The notes below the pieces were generated by a model. That model did not search any database. It saw only the letters and a list, made by a program, of their open reading frames with translations, and was not told where the DNA came from. A stretch of 64,000 bases of DNA from the NCBI GenBank assembly GCA_964409875.1, contig CAYPEN010000002.1, positions 338,630 to 402,629 of the forward strand. The letters run 5' to 3'. This document shows positions 54,183 through 63,610 of the stretch, piece after piece. Origin of the DNA: an uncultured Gammaproteobacteria bacterium. Lineage in GTDB: Bacteria; Patescibacteriota; Microgenomatia; Levybacterales; GWA1-39-11. The position numbers were made by a program, and so were the translations under genes. Within the stretch, counting starts at the first letter, position 1. Each line of letters begins with the position of its first letter.

Positions 54183-56453
54183 ATGAATATAAGAAAAATT
54201 AAACAATTACTGTCCCTATCACTCATACTTGTTATATTTGTCGGAAAATTAGCAGTTCCTGCAGCAGTCCTTGCAGAGGACGCGCCAACACCTCCTGTTC
54301 CTCCAGAAGCTCCAACTGCTCCAACTGCACCCGCAGCTCCAACTGCACCTGAAGCTCCAACGCCTCCAAGTCAACCTACGCCACCAAGCCAACCGACTCC
54401 TCCCAGTCAGCCAACACCGCCTACTGCTCCAACTGCGCCCTCAGCACCAACACCGCCAACGGCTCCAACTGCACCAACAGCCCCCACGGGCCCAAACGCG
54501 TCATCGCCTACAGCCACCAACAACTCACAGCAGGGTACGAGCTCAGTTGGAAATGTTGGGGATACTGCTATTAATACCGGAAGCGCAACCAACGATTCAA
54601 CGCTTGTCACAACCGGCAACACTAATGCTTCAACTTCCGGGTGTAACACATGTAGCGGTGGAAGCGCAACGGTTGGAAATTCTTCTAACGGCGCAGGCTC
54701 TAATAACAGCGCAACGGCAAATAACACTAACTCGGCAACCACATCCCAGGCAAACAGCGCAAATGTTGGCAACAATCTAACCCAAGGGTCAAATACGGGA
54801 CACAATAACGCTTCATTAAATGTGGGAGACTCATCAATCACAACGGGAGATTCCAACGTCTCCGGAACGGTTATAACGGCCGTTAACACCAATGTTGACG
54901 GTGTAGCGGTTGCGACATTTAATGTAGCGGATAACCACACAGGAGATATCGTTCTTTCTCCCGGGAACGCATCAAGTACATGCACCAATGGATGTGGTGC
55001 GACCAATCAAACGGCAAATTCGAATAATGGAGCAAATTCTACTAATACAGCCAACAATAATACCACTAACACTTCAACAACCGGTCAGACAAATGACGCA
55101 GTCATTGGAAGCACTCTTAATCTGAACGCAAATTCAGGTGATAATGCGACAAGTTTTAATACCGGTGGAGACTCTTCGGTCACGACTGGGAATGCAAATG
55201 TTTCGGCAAACGTACTAACCATGGCTAACAACAATGTAGCCGGTAATGTCCTCTATAATGTCGTTAATGTATATGGAAATTTGGTAGGAGATATCATCCT
55301 TCCGCAATCAACCATCGATGCGCTTTTGTGCAATAGCTGCAACGGCTCGCAATCGACTGCAAATACCGGGAATGGAGACGGTTCAAAGAACACCGCAAAT
55401 GGCAACACGACAAACACTAATACAACAACGCAAGCAAACACTGCGCAAATTGATAACAACCTCAACATAAGTGGAACGACCGGTGACAATAGTTCAAGTT
55501 ACAATACGGACGGCAATTCGGGTGTCACCACAGGTTCCTCAAATGTTGTTGCAAATGTCCTCAATGTTGCCAATACAAATATCAATGGCGGGACATGGTG
55601 GTTGGTTATCGTCAACCAAGCAGGAAAATGGATCGGTAAAATCGTCGGCTCACCTGACGGTGCAACCATGGCAGGAAGTGCCGGCACAGAATTTGAAGTA
55701 GATCCTAATACGGGAGAAGTAACAGCAGTTAGCAACTCAGGTAATGGAACAGGGTCGACAAATACAGCAAATTCCAACACGACTAACACAAATACTTTGA
55801 CTCAAACCAACAATGCCAAGATTGAGAACAATGTCAATCTTTCAGCCAACACTGGTGGGAATAAAGCAAGTTATAACACGGGCGGAAATTCAAATATTAA
55901 GACCGGTGACGCTCAGGTTATTGCCAACATCGTTAATTTTGTCAACAACAATATCTCAGGCGGCGGCAAGCTAGTTGTAACGGTTGTCAATGTCTTCGGA
56001 AGTTGGCTTGGGGACTTTGTTGCCCCCGGACAACAAAAACAGAATCACAACACCGCACAAAACAACAATAATAATAATGGAGGCAATAACAACCAAAACA
56101 ATGCAAATAACACCAATAACAATAACGGTTCATCTCTTGTGTCTGGCGCTACTGGCAATAACACGAAGACAAATGCTGCTTCTACAACCACCGTCACCAA
56201 CTCCGGCAACAACAATTTCTTCGGAACCGGCAGTGTAAAGGGTACATCGACCGGCGGCGGAACCAACTCTGATGCTACTGTTGCAAAAAGCGTAGGGCAA
56301 GACGGTTCAGCAGCAGTAGCACATAAGACAATCAACATTAATCTCGCATGGATATTGCTCATGCTCCCAATGGCAGTTATGGGTATGCTTATTAAGAAGT
56401 CATTCGTGCCGGTAAAGACATTGGCATTGAGAGGAATTCACTTGTTCTTATAA
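54183..56453 (+). CDS. Secreted repetitive surface protein with Pro-rich (PSQPTPP)n N-terminal linker and C-terminal hydrophobic segment (family member 2)
   Basis: Signal peptide, then a ~75-aa Pro/Ala/Thr linker with 21-bp tandem repeats. Seven or more modules follow of the type NSGDNATSFNTGGDSSVTTGNANVSANVLT. A poly-Asn tract and a C-terminal TM-like segment WILLMLPMAVMGMLIKK follow. Confidence 0.7.
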   Translation: MNIRKIKQLLSLSLILVIFVGKLAVPAAVLAEDAPTPPVPPEAPTAPTAPAAPTAPEAPTPPSQPTPPSQPTPPSQPTPPTAPTAPSAPTPPTAPTAPTAPTGPNASSPTATNNSQQGTSSVGNVGDTAINTGSATNDSTLVTTGNTNASTSGCNTCSGGSATVGNSSNGAGSNNSATANNTNSATTSQANSANVGNNLTQGSNTGHNNASLNVGDSSITTGDSNVSGTVITAVNTNVDGVAVATFNVADNHTGDIVLSPGNASSTCTNGCGATNQTANSNNGANSTNTANNNTTNTSTTGQTNDAVIGSTLNLNANSGDNATSFNTGGDSSVTTGNANVSANVLTMANNNVAGNVLYNVVNVYGNLVGDIILPQSTIDALLCNSCNGSQSTANTGNGDGSKNTANGNTTNTNTTTQANTAQIDNNLNISGTTGDNSSSYNTDGNSGVTTGSSNVVANVLNVANTNINGGTWWLVIVNQAGKWIGKIVGSPDGATMAGSAGTEFEVDPNTGEVTAVSNSGNGTGSTNTANSNTTNTNTLTQTNNAKIENNVNLSANTGGNKASYNTGGNSNIKTGDAQVIANIVNFVNNNISGGGKLVVTVVNVFGSWLGDFVAPGQQKQNHNTAQNNNNNNGGNNNQNNANNTNNNNGSSLVSGATGNNTKTNAASTTTVTNSGNNNFFGTGSVKGTSTGGGTNSDATVAKSVGQDGSAAVAHKTININLAWILLMLPMAVMGMLIKKSFVPVKTLALRGIHLFL

Positions 56454-56516
56454 TTCTATGTCAGTAGTAACACACAATATTGAAATTAAAAAGCGAATAT
56501 TAACTGTTAGCTTATT

Positions 56517-57638
56517 ATGATCAAAAAGGCGATTATTTTTATAATCTGCCTACTTTTAAATTTCGGAATAACTTCAAAAGTTAAGGCAGAAGAGATTGTA
56601 ATTTCCGGTAACGGAAGTGATTCTTCAAATCAAGTTCAAGTACAGAGCTCAAATACAACCACGGTTTCTCAAAACAATACTGCAAACGTTGACAACAACG
56701 TGAATTCAACGGCTAATTCAGGTAATAATTCAACAACAAGCAACAATGGAGATTCTACAATAAAGACAGGAGACACTTCCTCAACAACAACTGTCGCCAA
56801 CCAGAATATCAATACGAATTCGGCTAACCTCTCTTCATGTGGCTGTGATACATCATCAACTACAAAGATTTCCGGTAACGGGGCAGGTTCAACAAATACC
56901 ATTACATCAACCGACACAACTACTACATTTATATCTCAGAACAATACCGCAATAATTTCCAATAATATACACGTTAACGGAAATACTGGGAATAACACTG
57001 CTTCATACAATAATGGTTCCTCGACTATCATGACCGGTAGCATTTATGCATCAACGGATGTAAATAACAAAAATATTAACAATAGTCAGTACAAAGGAAC
57101 GGTATCCACCAACAACGATAATTCAATCATTATTGCAGGAAATGGAGAAGGCTCTTTCAATAACGCAATAGTTGCAGACAATACAAGCGTTATTATCACT
57201 AACAATAACACCGCTGACATAACAAATAACGTAGAGCACGACCTAAATACTGGTGGTAACAAAACATTGGGAAATGTGGGGGATTCGGTTATTATCACTG
57301 GCGGAATAGTAAGTAAGGTAAAAATTAATAACGAGAATATCAACAGTAATTTGACCGAGGTATCATGCAACTGCCCCAGCAACAATCCGGGAGGAGGAGA
57401 GAATAACGGGGGAGGAAACCCACCGTCGACAAATCCCGGAAGTTCAACTGTTCAGGGTGCAAGTGGAAGTTCCTCAGGCTCAAGTAATGGTTCATCAGGG
57501 CCTGCAGCCGGAAATACGCTCCCTGCAACCGGTGTAACCATCCCATACATGCTTATTGCAACGCTTATTCTCTTCTTCATGTTCCTTTCAGGGCTGTACT
57601 TGCGTTTCAATGCTGCCAACGCACCACCTACCGTCTAA
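56517..57638 (+). CDS. LPXTG-anchored repetitive surface protein (family member 3)
   Basis: Signal peptide. Three ~90-aa modules (ISGNGSDSSNQVQVQSSNTTTVSQNNTANVDNNVNS... with CGCD / CNCP). C-terminal sorting signal LPATG, a hydrophobic stretch and LRFN. Confidence 0.75.
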   Translation: MIKKAIIFIICLLLNFGITSKVKAEEIVISGNGSDSSNQVQVQSSNTTTVSQNNTANVDNNVNSTANSGNNSTTSNNGDSTIKTGDTSSTTTVANQNINTNSANLSSCGCDTSSTTKISGNGAGSTNTITSTDTTTTFISQNNTAIISNNIHVNGNTGNNTASYNNGSSTIMTGSIYASTDVNNKNINNSQYKGTVSTNNDNSIIIAGNGEGSFNNAIVADNTSVIITNNNTADITNNVEHDLNTGGNKTLGNVGDSVIITGGIVSKVKINNENINSNLTEVSCNCPSNNPGGGENNGGGNPPSTNPGSSTVQGASGSSSGSSNGSSGPAAGNTLPATGVTIPYMLIATLILFFMFLSGLYLRFNAANAPPTV

Positions 57639-57658
57639 CCGGTAGCTCTTTTAACCAT

Positions 57659-57679
57659 TAACCCCGAAAGGGGTTTTTT
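57659..57679 (+). terminator. Rho-independent terminator after the LPXTG protein gene
   Basis: CCCC-GAAA-GGGG hairpin followed by TTTTTT. Confidence 0.6.
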
Positions 57680-57707
57680 GATGGTTTGAAGGTGGTAGAA
57701 TACGGGT

Positions 57708-58265
57708 ATGAGCAGAAAGGTGCAAATATGGTTTGGTAATATATTAATCGCAGTTTCCCTTTTAGGGTTGCTGTTAATTTATTACCCGCTTGCGAAAGAA
57801 TTTCTTTTTCCTCCACATTTTAGCGCTTCTCAAAAAGCAAAGATCGAGTTTTCAGTGGAAATTCCTTCAATTAACGTTTTTTCGCCGGTCATAGCCAATG
57901 TTGACCCTTTTAACCCCAATGAATATCTTGAGAAGCTGAAAAACGGGGTTGCGCATGCAAAGGGAACAAGTTTGCCGGGCCAAAAGGGAACGATATACCT
58001 ATTTGCTCATTCCTCAGACGTTCCATGGAGAATAACACGCTACAACACGGCTTTTTTCAAGCTGCCTTTTGTGAAAAAGGGGGATAGAATAATTATCAGA
58101 AAAGACGGGAAAGTGTATAACTATAAAGTCACTGATGAGAAAACGGTGTGGCCAAATGAAGTTAGTTATTTAAAAAATTCGCAAGGGAATATATTAATTC
58201 TTCAAACGTGCGTGCCGGTGGGGACGTCTTTGCAGCGTCTACTGGTTTTTGCAAAACCATTTTGA
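57708..58265 (+). CDS. Sortase (transpeptidase), small single-TM form
   Basis: N-terminal TM anchor. Catalytic-type His in YLFAHS, and the TLxTC-like active-site Cys in ILILQTCVP. 185 aa, immediately downstream of the LPATG substrate gene. Confidence 0.7.
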   Translation: MSRKVQIWFGNILIAVSLLGLLLIYYPLAKEFLFPPHFSASQKAKIEFSVEIPSINVFSPVIANVDPFNPNEYLEKLKNGVAHAKGTSLPGQKGTIYLFAHSSDVPWRITRYNTAFFKLPFVKKGDRIIIRKDGKVYNYKVTDEKTVWPNEVSYLKNSQGNILILQTCVPVGTSLQRLLVFAKPF

Positions 58266-58285
58266 ACAATTGTATTTTTCCCAAA

Positions 58286-58316
58286 AACAAACCCCCTCGC
58301 GAGGGAGGGGGTTTGA
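58286..58316. terminator. Bidirectional GC-rich hairpin terminator between convergent sortase and surface-protein genes
   Basis: An A-run, then CCCCCTCGCGAGGGAGGGGG, then a T-run. Confidence 0.55.
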
Positions 58317-58340
58317 AAATTCTTGCAAGAAAATTTTTAG

Positions 58341-58955
58341 TTATGGTGTTTGTGTGTTGGTATTTGATGAACCGCCTACCATTACACTCACGCCAGTTGT
58401 AGCTGTTCCAGATGTAATGCTGCTTCCAGATCCAACATTGAAGCTAGAGCTATTTCCTCCTGTATCTGAGCTTGCATTTACCTGAGTCACTGCAACAGTT
58501 TCATTGCCTTGTTCAACAGTGTTAGTGCTGCCGTTGACAACTACTATCTTGTTGTAGGAGAAAGCTCCAGTACCCGAGATCCCGGCTGTATTTGTAGAGT
58601 TATTAGCTCCACATCCGCAGGAAGAACCAGTATTTGTATTGGTGCTTCCGCCAACAGTTACTCCTACTGAAGTTGTAGCTGTTCCGGAAGTTACTGTGTT
58701 AGTTCCGCCTACATTAAAACTGGACTTATTTCCGCCTGTATTGCTTCCGGCATTAACACCGGTAATAGCAGTTGTTCCATTCACTTGTGTTACGGAAGTG
58801 CTTGAAAGATTAACAACCTTAATCTTGTTGTAGGAGAAAGCTCCTGTTCCAGATATAGCAACAGTATTTGTTGCGGCAAATGATGCCGGGGCTACTACAG
58901 CCGCCACCATTGAACCGAGTACTATTGCTGATGTCAATTTTTGTTTGATATTCAT
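58341..58955 (-). CDS. Secreted repetitive surface protein, 2 diverged modules (family member 4)
   Basis: Start taken at MNIKQKLTSAIVLGSMVAAVVAPASFA (signal peptide). Two modules of the type ISGTGAFSYNKI.VVN.S.T.V.Q.N.T.A.T.VNA.S.TGGN.SSFNVG, separated by CGCG. Confidence 0.65.
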   Translation of the reverse strand: MNIKQKLTSAIVLGSMVAAVVAPASFAATNTVAISGTGAFSYNKIKVVNLSSTSVTQVNGTTAITGVNAGSNTGGNKSSFNVGGTNTVTSGTATTSVGVTVGGSTNTNTGSSCGCGANNSTNTAGISGTGAFSYNKIVVVNGSTNTVEQGNETVAVTQVNASSDTGGNSSSFNVGSGSSITSGTATTGVSVMVGGSSNTNTQTP

Positions 58956-59268
58956 ATATTTCACCTCCTCTCCTTGAAAAAAGCCTGCCAAAACGCGATT
59001 TACGTTTTGAAAGCACAAAAAAACCCTTCGCGACTGCTTAGGGTTGATATGCGCAATTTGTAACTCTCATGGGCAGGTTCGATTTGGTAAATTCCAGAAT
59101 AAATTCAGGGGCAAGAAGAATTTAGATTAGAGCTATTATATGAATAGCCAGTCCATATCTGTCAATACGGACAAAATGTATATTTGTGACATTAACGATA
59201 TCAATTGTAAGAACTGATATTTTTGTATCGCAATTGATGTATTTAGTGTTCTTTTTGAGGCTTTTACC

Positions 59269-59298
59269 TTGACTTTGGGGCTCAATTTCTGTTAAAAT
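59269..59298 (+). promoter_or_regulatory. Sigma70-like promoter upstream of nusA (TTGACT-18-TAAAAT)
   Basis: TTGACT at 59269-59274 and TAAAAT at 59293-59298. Confidence 0.45.
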
Positions 59299-59315
59299 AC
59301 CAGTAATTAAAGTGT

Positions 59316-59347
59316 CGGTGGGAGTGTAAGGCTACCCACCGTTTTTT
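59316..59347 (+). terminator. Terminator/attenuator-like hairpin in the nusA leader, 4 nt before the start codon
   Basis: CGGTGGG (59316-59322), a 12-nt loop, CCCACCG (59335-59341), then TTTTTT (59342-59347). Confidence 0.45.
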
Positions 59348-59351
59348 GAAT

Positions 59352-60365
59352 ATGCCGGCAATACAAAGAAGCGAGTTCGCTCTCGCCCTCAACCAAATCG
59401 CAACTGAAAGGGGCGTTGACCCTGAAATAATTCTTGAGAGTATCAAGAGTGCAATACTCGCGGCCTACAAGAAAGACCATGTCCCCTCAAGACCCGATAC
59501 CGAAGAAGTGGAGGGTGAAGCCGAAAAATATTCAGCTGAGATAAACTCAAATACCGGTGAAACAAAAATCATGTACGAGGGAAAAGACGTAACGCCTCCC
59601 GGTTTTGGACGCATTGCAACCCAGACAGCAAAGCAGGTTCTGCTCCAAAAAATCCGCGAAAGGGAAAAGGATGCCATCATGTCCGAATACACAAAAAGGA
59701 TTGGGACAGTTGTGAATGGTATGATTTTACGTTTTGCCGGAAGTGCAATTGTCGTTGATATCGGCAAAGCTGAGGCTATTATTCCTCCACAACACAGAAT
59801 TCAAAATGAGAATTACTATCTCAATAAGAAAATATCCGTTTATATCGTTGAAATTGCAGAGGATGAAAAGCGCGGACGCGAGATTATCGTCTCCCGCACC
59901 CATCCGGGACTTTTGGAAGGGCTTTTGAGACGGGAAGTTCCTGAAGTTGCAGCCGGAAGTGTAGTTGTTAAGGAAATTGTGAGAGAGCCGGGCTCTAGAG
60001 CTAAAATTGCAGTCTCATCAGACCAATCAGGCATTGATCCTGTAGGCTCATGCGTCGGTCAAAAAGGTGTCAGAATTCAAGCAGTGATTGATGCAGTAGA
60101 CGGGCTCGAAAAGATTGACGTTATTCAATGGAATAATGATAGTAGCCGTTTCATCGCAAACGCCCTTTCTCCAGCCAAAAATCTCACAATTGAACTGAAT
60201 GAGAAAGAAAAAGTTGCAACGGTCAAAGCTCCAAAAGAGGAATTGCCGCTTATCATAGGAAAAGAGGGGCAGAATGTAAGACTTGCGTCAAAATTGACAG
60301 GTTACAGCATTGAAGTTGAAGGTACCGATGCTCCGGCCGAAGAGGCGTCTGAGGCCCAAGCGTAA
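59352..60365 (+). CDS. nusA: Transcription termination/antitermination factor NusA
   Basis: N-terminal domain, S1 and two KH domains (GSRAKIAVSS...GVRIQAV...). The ATG at 59352 is preferred over the ORF-track TTG at 59346. Confidence 0.9.
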   Translation: MPAIQRSEFALALNQIATERGVDPEIILESIKSAILAAYKKDHVPSRPDTEEVEGEAEKYSAEINSNTGETKIMYEGKDVTPPGFGRIATQTAKQVLLQKIREREKDAIMSEYTKRIGTVVNGMILRFAGSAIVVDIGKAEAIIPPQHRIQNENYYLNKKISVYIVEIAEDEKRGREIIVSRTHPGLLEGLLRREVPEVAAGSVVVKEIVREPGSRAKIAVSSDQSGIDPVGSCVGQKGVRIQAVIDAVDGLEKIDVIQWNNDSSRFIANALSPAKNLTIELNEKEKVATVKAPKEELPLIIGKEGQNVRLASKLTGYSIEVEGTDAPAEEASEAQA

Positions 60366-60389
60366 CATGAAAGCCATTACCTTTACATT

Positions 60390-61847
60390 ATGGAAAAAAC
60401 AACAGATATCAACAAAAAGTATCCTCCTGTCGTATCAGTTCTAGGTCACGTTGACCACGGAAAAACAACTCTCCTTGATGCTATCAGAAAGAGTAATATT
60501 GCAACTCGTGAAGCGGGAGGTATCACCCAGGCAATCGGGGCTTCGAAAATAGAAGTAACCCACGAAGGTAAGAATCGGTTTATAACTTTTATTGATACAC
60601 CCGGTCACGAAGCTTTTTCCAATATGCGCTCACATGGGGTATCCGCTTCCGACATTGTACTGTTGGTTGTTGCAGCAGATGACGGAGTAAAGCCTCAAAC
60701 CAAAGAATCTATTGAGAAAATCCTCGCCTCCGGTCTTCCCTTTATTGTTGTCATCACAAAAACCGATGCGCCGGGTGCCAATATCGAAAAGGTAAAACAA
60801 GAGCTTGCAAAAGAAAATGTTCTTTTGGAAGGGTTGGGCGGAAATGTGCCTTATATTGGTGTAAGCGCAAAAACCGGTGACAAAATAGCAGACCTTCTTG
60901 ACCTTATCGTTATTGTGTATGATCTGTCGGAAATTGAAAAGCGTACGGAGTCTGAATTTTTGGGTATTGTTATTGAGGCAAAGTTAGATAAAAGACGGGG
61001 AATTTTGGCTTCTATTGTCGTTAAGAGTGGTGTTTTGAAGGTAGGAGATAAGGTTTTTACAGAACACAAAGAAGCGGGTAAGGTACGGGCGCTTATCAAC
61101 CCTCTTGGCCAACAAATTAAAGAGGCAACACCGGGTGAGGCAGTTGAGGTTCTGGGTTTTTCCGAAGTACTTCCCGCGGGAAGCATTCTTAACACGACGG
61201 CAACTACCACACCGGCAAAACAGACTGCATTAACAACTCATTCAGCTGCTGATCTCATGAAAATACTTACGGCAAAAGTAAATGAGAAGTTGCCGGTAGT
61301 TGTAAAGACACAAACAAGCGGTGAATTTGAGGCTGTTTTGCAAGCCCTTCCCGAGGACGTGGAAGTTGTATATGAGGGGCGCGGAGAAATTTCCGTATCT
61401 GATGTATTGATGGCCCGGGATTTTAACGCAATTATTGTCGGGTTCAATGTCGATATAGAAAAACAGGCGAAAGTTCTTGCGGATTCCCAAAAAACATTCT
61501 ATAGGACATATAATATTATCTATAATATGTTGGACGAATTGAAAGATGCGGTTGAGCTTATCCGTGAGAGAGCTAAAAGAAAAATTAATGGAAAGGCGCA
61601 GATTCTTGCCGTTTTTGAAGGAAATGAAGGTCAGATATTGGGTGTGAGGGTGCAGGAGGGGAGACTTGCACTGAACGATAAAATAATCATTACCCGGGGC
61701 GAAGATGAAACACCCGAAACAAAAATAGTCAGCCTCAAACAAAGCAAAAAAGATGTGAAAGAGGTAGGAAAAGGGAATGAATGCGGTATTATGATTGACC
61801 CGCAAGTTGACTTTACTATAGGTGATATGGTAATATCGTGTTCTTAG
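60390..61847 (+). CDS. infB: Translation initiation factor IF-2, minimal form (starts at G domain)
   Basis: G1 GHVDHGKTTLLD, G3 DTPGHEAF, G4 TKTD. 485 aa with no N-terminal extension. Confidence 0.9.
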   Translation: MEKTTDINKKYPPVVSVLGHVDHGKTTLLDAIRKSNIATREAGGITQAIGASKIEVTHEGKNRFITFIDTPGHEAFSNMRSHGVSASDIVLLVVAADDGVKPQTKESIEKILASGLPFIVVITKTDAPGANIEKVKQELAKENVLLEGLGGNVPYIGVSAKTGDKIADLLDLIVIVYDLSEIEKRTESEFLGIVIEAKLDKRRGILASIVVKSGVLKVGDKVFTEHKEAGKVRALINPLGQQIKEATPGEAVEVLGFSEVLPAGSILNTTATTTPAKQTALTTHSAADLMKILTAKVNEKLPVVVKTQTSGEFEAVLQALPEDVEVVYEGRGEISVSDVLMARDFNAIIVGFNVDIEKQAKVLADSQKTFYRTYNIIYNMLDELKDAVELIRERAKRKINGKAQILAVFEGNEGQILGVRVQEGRLALNDKIIITRGEDETPETKIVSLKQSKKDVKEVGKGNECGIMIDPQVDFTIGDMVISCS

Positions 61848-61879
61848 TCCTCATTTTATAGTTTGAGCCTAAGTTTTTT

Positions 61880-63178
61880 ATGAATCCGACAATTACGCAG
61901 GAAATCAATGCATTAAGGGATTTTCTCGACCAAAGTAACGAATTGGGCATCATAATAGGTCTTCATCAGAATCTTGATACTGTATCCTCTGCCCTTGCAC
62001 TGTATCTCTCGCTTACCCAGGCAGGTAAAAAAGTGCAAATCATCTCAAAAAAACAACCGACCGTTGAAATCTCAAATTTAGTTGGTGTTGATAAAATTAA
62101 AGACGGTTTTGTTGGCAATACCGGAAAACTTATCGTTTCTCTTCCATATGTAAAAGGTGAAGTCGAGAAAGTGCTTTTTACTGAGGCTCCAAATACCATC
62201 AATTTTCATTTGACTGCAGCACCAGACAGAAGCATCACCCCATTTGATGTAAATGATGTAAAGCTCATATGGGAAGGCGGCGCGCCAGAGGCTGTAATTA
62301 CTTTTGGGGTGGGGACACCTGATGAATTGAATGGAATAATCGACACCAATAGCTCAAAGATAGTCAATATCGACAATTATCCGGGGAATACACGCTTTGG
62401 CGACGTAGTACTTGTCGATGAAAGCTTTTCATCTCTTTCTGAAATTGTAGGTAAAGTTCTCAAAGACCTACAATTTCCAATGGATATGGATATTGCGCAA
62501 AACATTTTAGATGGGGTTTTGTTCGCTACCAGAAATTTCACAAAACAAAATACTTCTCCACTTGCATTTGAGGCAGCTTCTGCGGCTATGTACCATGGAG
62601 CACAGAGAAAATTGGAGGAACAACAAGGAAGGCGGGAACAAGGTATGAATCCGCAACGCTCACAACAGAACCAGGATAGGAATAGGGGAGAGCAACAAAG
62701 GAATCCCCAACATGGAAGACAGCGTGGTGCGTCCTTCAGCTCTCAAAGGGGTTCGACTTTTGATTCTCAAAGGAGTTCGACCTTTGATTCTCAAAGGGTG
62801 AATGATACCGATTTTCCGGCAATGCATATGCAGAATAACCGAGGACAAAATCAACAACAAGAGAGTAGACGGGATAACCAGATGAGAGCGCCTCAGCCTC
62901 AAAACCCTCCACGCATGAGTCAGCAATTCGCAGGAAATGAGCCTCAGAGAACCCAAGATATCCGTGAGAAGATTATGAGGGAAACACGCCCGTCTTATGA
63001 GCCTCAAGATAGAGTCGAGGATGCCCAATTAGTAAATGAGCCTAGTATGCAGAGTCAGCAACCGGTTGAGGATACAAGAATGCCTCAAGAGCCATCATTT
63101 GAGAACCAAAACAATGAAGAGATTCCAGATGATTGGCTGATGCCCAAAGTCTTCAAAAGCTCCAAGAACAATAATTAG
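61880..63178 (+). CDS. DHH-family (NrnA-like) phosphoesterase homologue with degenerate DHH motif and Gln/Arg-rich repetitive C-terminal tail
   Basis: GLHQNLDTVSSALAL resembles H-x-NPDGDALGS of DHH proteins but lacks the Asp residues. A DHHA1-like middle region follows. The last ~180 aa are Q/R/N/S-rich, with a 27-bp tandem repeat (QRGSTFDSQRSSTFDSQR). Confidence 0.4.
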   Translation: MNPTITQEINALRDFLDQSNELGIIIGLHQNLDTVSSALALYLSLTQAGKKVQIISKKQPTVEISNLVGVDKIKDGFVGNTGKLIVSLPYVKGEVEKVLFTEAPNTINFHLTAAPDRSITPFDVNDVKLIWEGGAPEAVITFGVGTPDELNGIIDTNSSKIVNIDNYPGNTRFGDVVLVDESFSSLSEIVGKVLKDLQFPMDMDIAQNILDGVLFATRNFTKQNTSPLAFEAASAAMYHGAQRKLEEQQGRREQGMNPQRSQQNQDRNRGEQQRNPQHGRQRGASFSSQRGSTFDSQRSSTFDSQRVNDTDFPAMHMQNNRGQNQQQESRRDNQMRAPQPQNPPRMSQQFAGNEPQRTQDIREKIMRETRPSYEPQDRVEDAQLVNEPSMQSQQPVEDTRMPQEPSFENQNNEEIPDDWLMPKVFKSSKNNN

Positions 63179-63271
63179 AAATACGATTAGAACGGTAACT
63201 GTTGTAATTTTGCCTCAGTTTTGCTAGAATACGTATCTACGGGGTTTGCAAAAGACAACCTTGTTATAAAT

Positions 63272-63541
63272 ATGCCATTACGACGCGAAGAAAAAGAAGT
63301 AATTATAAAAGATAATGCCGTTATTGACGGGGATACCGGATCACCTGAAGTGCAGATTGCACTTCTTACTCACAAGATCCAAAAATTGACCGACCACTTG
63401 AAAATTCATCAAAAAGATTTTCATAGTAGACGTGGACTTCTAAATATGTTATCAAAGAGAAGAAGGCTGTTTAACTTTTTAATGAAAGTTGATAAGAACC
63501 GAGCCGATGGGATCGGGAAAAAAGTTGGCCTCGCCAAGTGA
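63272..63541 (+). CDS. rpsO: 30S ribosomal protein S15
   Basis: TGSPEVQIALLTHKIQKLTDHLKIHQKDFHSRRGLL signature. Start placed at MPL; the ORF track begins 17 codons upstream. Confidence 0.9.
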   Translation: MPLRREEKEVIIKDNAVIDGDTGSPEVQIALLTHKIQKLTDHLKIHQKDFHSRRGLLNMLSKRRRLFNFLMKVDKNRADGIGKKVGLAK

Positions 63542-63610
63542 GTTTAAAAACTCGTTTCTAACTACAATTACTTGTTGGTTGTTGGGGGAGCAAAAAAATA
63601 AATTAATAAA

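Noticed and set aside
54271-57546. Numerous long ORFs in alternative frames and on the minus strand across the repetitive surface-protein genes (e.g. 54271-54780, 54407-55006, 55499-55789, 56045-56362, 57086-57385)
   Set aside because: They are produced by the low-complexity, Thr/Asn/Gly codon-repeat composition. The sense-frame proteins have signal peptides, consistent repeat modules and a sorting signal, whereas the alternates have none.
59060-59110. GGTTCGATT motif suggesting a tRNA T-arm or tmRNA fragment
   Set aside because: The flanks do not form T-stem or acceptor pairing. The region is more likely the promoter/leader of the minus-strand surface-protein gene.
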